Assembly: GCA_025656505.1 (NCBI GenBank)
Contig: JAHXHR010000003.1
Span: 1,051-65,050 of the forward strand
Source of the DNA: Candidatus Thiodiazotropha sp. (ex Epidulcina cf. delphinae)
GTDB lineage: Bacteria > Pseudomonadota > Gammaproteobacteria > Chromatiales > Chromatiaceae
Length of the DNA: 64,000 nt
Reading direction: 5' to 3'
This document shows positions 61,734 through 64,000 of this stretch, piece by piece (position 1 is the stretch's first letter; every line of letters begins with the position of its first letter). Below the pieces are notes generated by a model, which was not told where the DNA came from, searched no databases, and worked only from the letters and a program-made list of their open reading frames with translations. The position numbers and the translations under genes are program-made.

Positions 61734-62648
61734 TTAGAACCCGCTAACCCGCACTTCTCGTGGGAAGGGAAACCGTTTCCCCAGTCGAATGAATTGCTGA
61801 AGATAGCGTATGTCGGCGTCTTCATCTCGAAAAGCCGCATAGAGCTTGCGCTGCACCCCATGCCTGCCGAGACGCACCGATTTCAGTGGCAGATCACGGC
61901 ACACCCTGTCCGCCAACCAGCCGGGCAAGGCGCATACGCCACGATCGAAGCTCACCAACTGCAACATGACTTCAACGGATTCGATCTGTTTGTGTTTGGC
62001 CGGCCTGACTGCGGCCGGCCAAAGAAACCGGGTCAGAATATCCAGGCGTTCCGGCGCTACCGGAAAAGTGATCAGGGTCTCCCGGGCCAAACGCTCCGGC
62101 TCCACCCAGGAGAGTGCGCCCAGGGGGTGCGAATCCGCTGTCAGCAAGACCAGCTCGTAGTCGAACAGGGGCTCATAGTCCAATCCGGGATGACCGGCCC
62201 TGTCCGGCGTGATCAGCATATCGATATGCCGATTCGACAACCCTTCGATACCGGTGAATTTGAATTGATGGAAAATATCCACCTCCACATCCGCAGCCGT
62301 TTTCAGATACTCACCCATAACCCCCGTCAACCACTCGTAACAGGGATAACACTCCACCCCGATGCGCAATATCCCCTGTTTGCCCTCTGCGTAGGCCTTG
62401 AGTGTCCGCTCACTCTGCTCAAGCAGGGGCAGGATCTTATGCGCAGCCGCCAGCAGATGATCCCCCGCCCGGGTCAGCCTCAACCTTCGCCCCTCCTTCT
62501 CCCAGATATCGATACCCAGCTTTTTCTCCAGATGGCGTATTTGGTGTGACAGCGCAGACTGGCTCAGACAGAGCGTGTCGGCAGCCTCTGTCAAGGTCCC
62601 GTGGCGCTTAAGCGCGGCCACGATCCTGAGGTGAACGGGCTCAATCAT
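61734..62648 (-). CDS. metR: LysR-family regulator MetR
   Basis: MIEPVHLRIVAALKRHGTLTEAADTLCLSQSALSHQIRHLE is collinear with E. coli MetR. Divergent from metE. Confidence 0.85.
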   Translation of the reverse strand: MIEPVHLRIVAALKRHGTLTEAADTLCLSQSALSHQIRHLEKKLGIDIWEKEGRRLRLTRAGDHLLAAAHKILPLLEQSERTLKAYAEGKQGILRIGVECYPCYEWLTGVMGEYLKTAADVEVDIFHQFKFTGIEGLSNRHIDMLITPDRAGHPGLDYEPLFDYELVLLTADSHPLGALSWVEPERLARETLITFPVAPERLDILTRFLWPAAVRPAKHKQIESVEVMLQLVSFDRGVCALPGWLADRVCRDLPLKSVRLGRHGVQRKLYAAFRDEDADIRYLQQFIRLGKRFPFPREVRVSGF

Positions 62649-62650
62649 CT

Positions 62651-62665
62651 ATGAGTAAATCTCAT
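62651..62665. promoter_or_regulatory. LysR-type T-N11-A palindrome (candidate MetR site)
   Basis: ATGAG-TAAAT-CTCAT, a perfect inverted repeat in the 102-nt metR/metE intergenic region. Confidence 0.45.
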
Positions 62666-62750
62666 GAATATTATAGAAAACATCATTATATTTTCATGAT
62701 TCAACAAAATACAATCCCGCCTACCATTCAAATCAGACAAGGCAAGGACC

Positions 62751-64000
62751 ATGGCTACCACGCATAACCTGGGATTCCCCCGCATCGGCGCCAAGCGGCA
62801 GTTGAAATTCGCTCTCGAGGCCTATTGGCGGGGCGATATCGATCCGTCAGACCTGCTGGAGGCCGCTGAACAAAGACGCCGGGAGAATTTGCAATTTCAA
62901 CGCCACCTTGATTGGCAGACCGTCGGTGATTTTTCGCTCTACGATCATGTCTTGGACAGCAGTTTCCTGCTGGGCAATCTGCCGCCCCGTTTTAGGCGAA
63001 ACGACGGCATCCCTCCCCTGGACAACTACTTTCGCGTGGCCCGTGGACGTTCCACCGATGAGACGCCCCCCGCTGTGGCCGGTGAAATGACCAAGTGGTT
63101 CGATACCAACTATCACTACATCGTCCCCGAGTTTCTCCGCGACACGCAGTTCCGGCTGCACCCCGATGCCCTGCTGTCCCGGATTGCAGAGGCAAGTGAG
63201 CACGGCCATCAGGTCAAACCGGTCATCCTCGGTCCGGTCACCTATCTCTGGTTGGGTAAGAGCAAGGATGACGGTGACAGACTCGATCTGCTGGACAGGT
63301 TACTGCCGGTCTACCGGGCGTTACTGACCAGACTCGCCGAGGCCGGGGTCACGTGGCTGCAGATCGACGAGCCGATTCTGGTGACGGAACTCCCACCGGC
63401 ATGGCAGCACGCCCTGCGCATGACCTATTACCAACTGCAAGCCGGCCCGGTGAAACTGTTGCTGACCACCTATTTCGGCCGGCTACGGGAAAATCTGCAG
63501 TTGGCTTGCGAACTGCCGGTGGCCGGCCTGCATATCGACGCCTGCCGTCACAGGGACGAGGTCAACCAAGTCATCGATTGGCTGCCGACACATAAAATCC
63601 TCTCCCTGGGCGTCATCGACGGGCGCAATATCTGGAAGAGCGATCTGAACGGCTTACTGGATTGGCTTGAACCCATCCACCGCCGCCTCGACGAACGTCT
63701 TTGGCTGGCCCCTTCATGCTCGTTGCTGCATCTGCCTGTCGATCTGGAGAGCGAAAACGAACTCAAAGCCGAAATCGGCGCCTGGCTGAGCTTTGCCCGA
63801 CAGAAGCTGATCGAGTTGCAGGTGCTTGCAACCGCCTTGAATCAAGGCCGCGAAGCGGTGGCGCAGGCCCTGACGGACAATGCCGAATCGATATCGGCGC
63901 GGCAACAGTCGCAGCGGGTGCATAGATCGGCGATTCACGAGCGCCTGGCCGGGATCACCCGGTCCATGGCCCAACGCCAAAGCCCCTATGCGAGCCGCCG
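62751..64000 (+). CDS. metE: cobalamin-independent methionine synthase MetE, N-terminal 416 codons (runs past window end)
   Basis: Own translation from ATG 62751: [28 protein letters not shown]...[17 protein letters not shown], collinear with E. coli MetE. The frame is open to the window end. Confidence 0.93.
   Translation, partial: MATTHNLGFPRIGAKRQLKFALEAYWRGDIDPSDLLEAAEQRRRENLQFQRHLDWQTVGDFSLYDHVLDSSFLLGNLPPRFRRNDGIPPLDNYFRVARGRSTDETPPAVAGEMTKWFDTNYHYIVPEFLRDTQFRLHPDALLSRIAEASEHGHQVKPVILGPVTYLWLGKSKDDGDRLDLLDRLLPVYRALLTRLAEAGVTWLQIDEPILVTELPPAWQHALRMTYYQLQAGPVKLLLTTYFGRLRENLQLACELPVAGLHIDACRHRDEVNQVIDWLPTHKILSLGVIDGRNIWKSDLNGLLDWLEPIHRRLDERLWLAPSCSLLHLPVDLESENELKAEIGAWLSFARQKLIELQVLATALNQGREAVAQALTDNAESISARQQSQRVHRSAIHERLAGITRSMAQRQSPYASR

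Noticed and set aside
62649-62750. Cobalamin or SAM riboswitch upstream of metE
   Set aside because: The intergenic region is only 102 nt and AT-rich, without B12-box or SAM-I conserved elements. The regulation signal looks like a MetR palindrome instead.

Overview
GC-rich chromosomal segment that looks gammaproteobacterial. This is an inference from how closely my translations follow E. coli/Pseudomonas NarG, NarXL, TamAB, SufBCDE, ThiC, NemA and MetR/MetE. Left to right: nitrate-respiration block (5' part of narG, two narK porters, perfect FNR box, divergent narXL); RRM protein; CbiX-like chelatase; cyclase-FHA protein; frameshifted NUDIX gene; DUF2058-like and patatin genes; tamAB preceded by hipBA; XRE regulator; LplT-Aas triple fusion; amidohydrolase. 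Next comes an AT-rich four-gene cassette of unknown function, led by an RHH-like protein with palindromic operators. It is my top candidate for an undescribed TA/defence-type system. Then: SWIM-SNF2 helicase plus unknown partner; nemA-tetR-peroxiredoxin cluster; EAL remnant; thiC with TPP riboswitch; PCMT-like and isochorismatase-like genes; a LuxI/FeeM-like acyltransferase overlapping a ThiF-like E1 gene; PAS protein and MCP with a C-terminal CZB domain; SIMPL protein preceded by a G10 tract; HAMP-GAF-PAS histidine kinase and sensor-PAS-GGDEF-EAL protein; sufBCD..sufE without sufS; an orphan AT-rich gene; sdaA; hemerythrin; metR-metE. The intergenic space is saturated by at least five families of short inverted-repeat elements (MITE/REP-like), about 15 recognisable copies plus fragments. 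Nearly all end in CTAG/CTAA, and several abut or supply stop/start codons. I saw no rRNA, tRNA, CRISPR array, transposase or integrase. All family assignments are from motif reading only; no searches were run.
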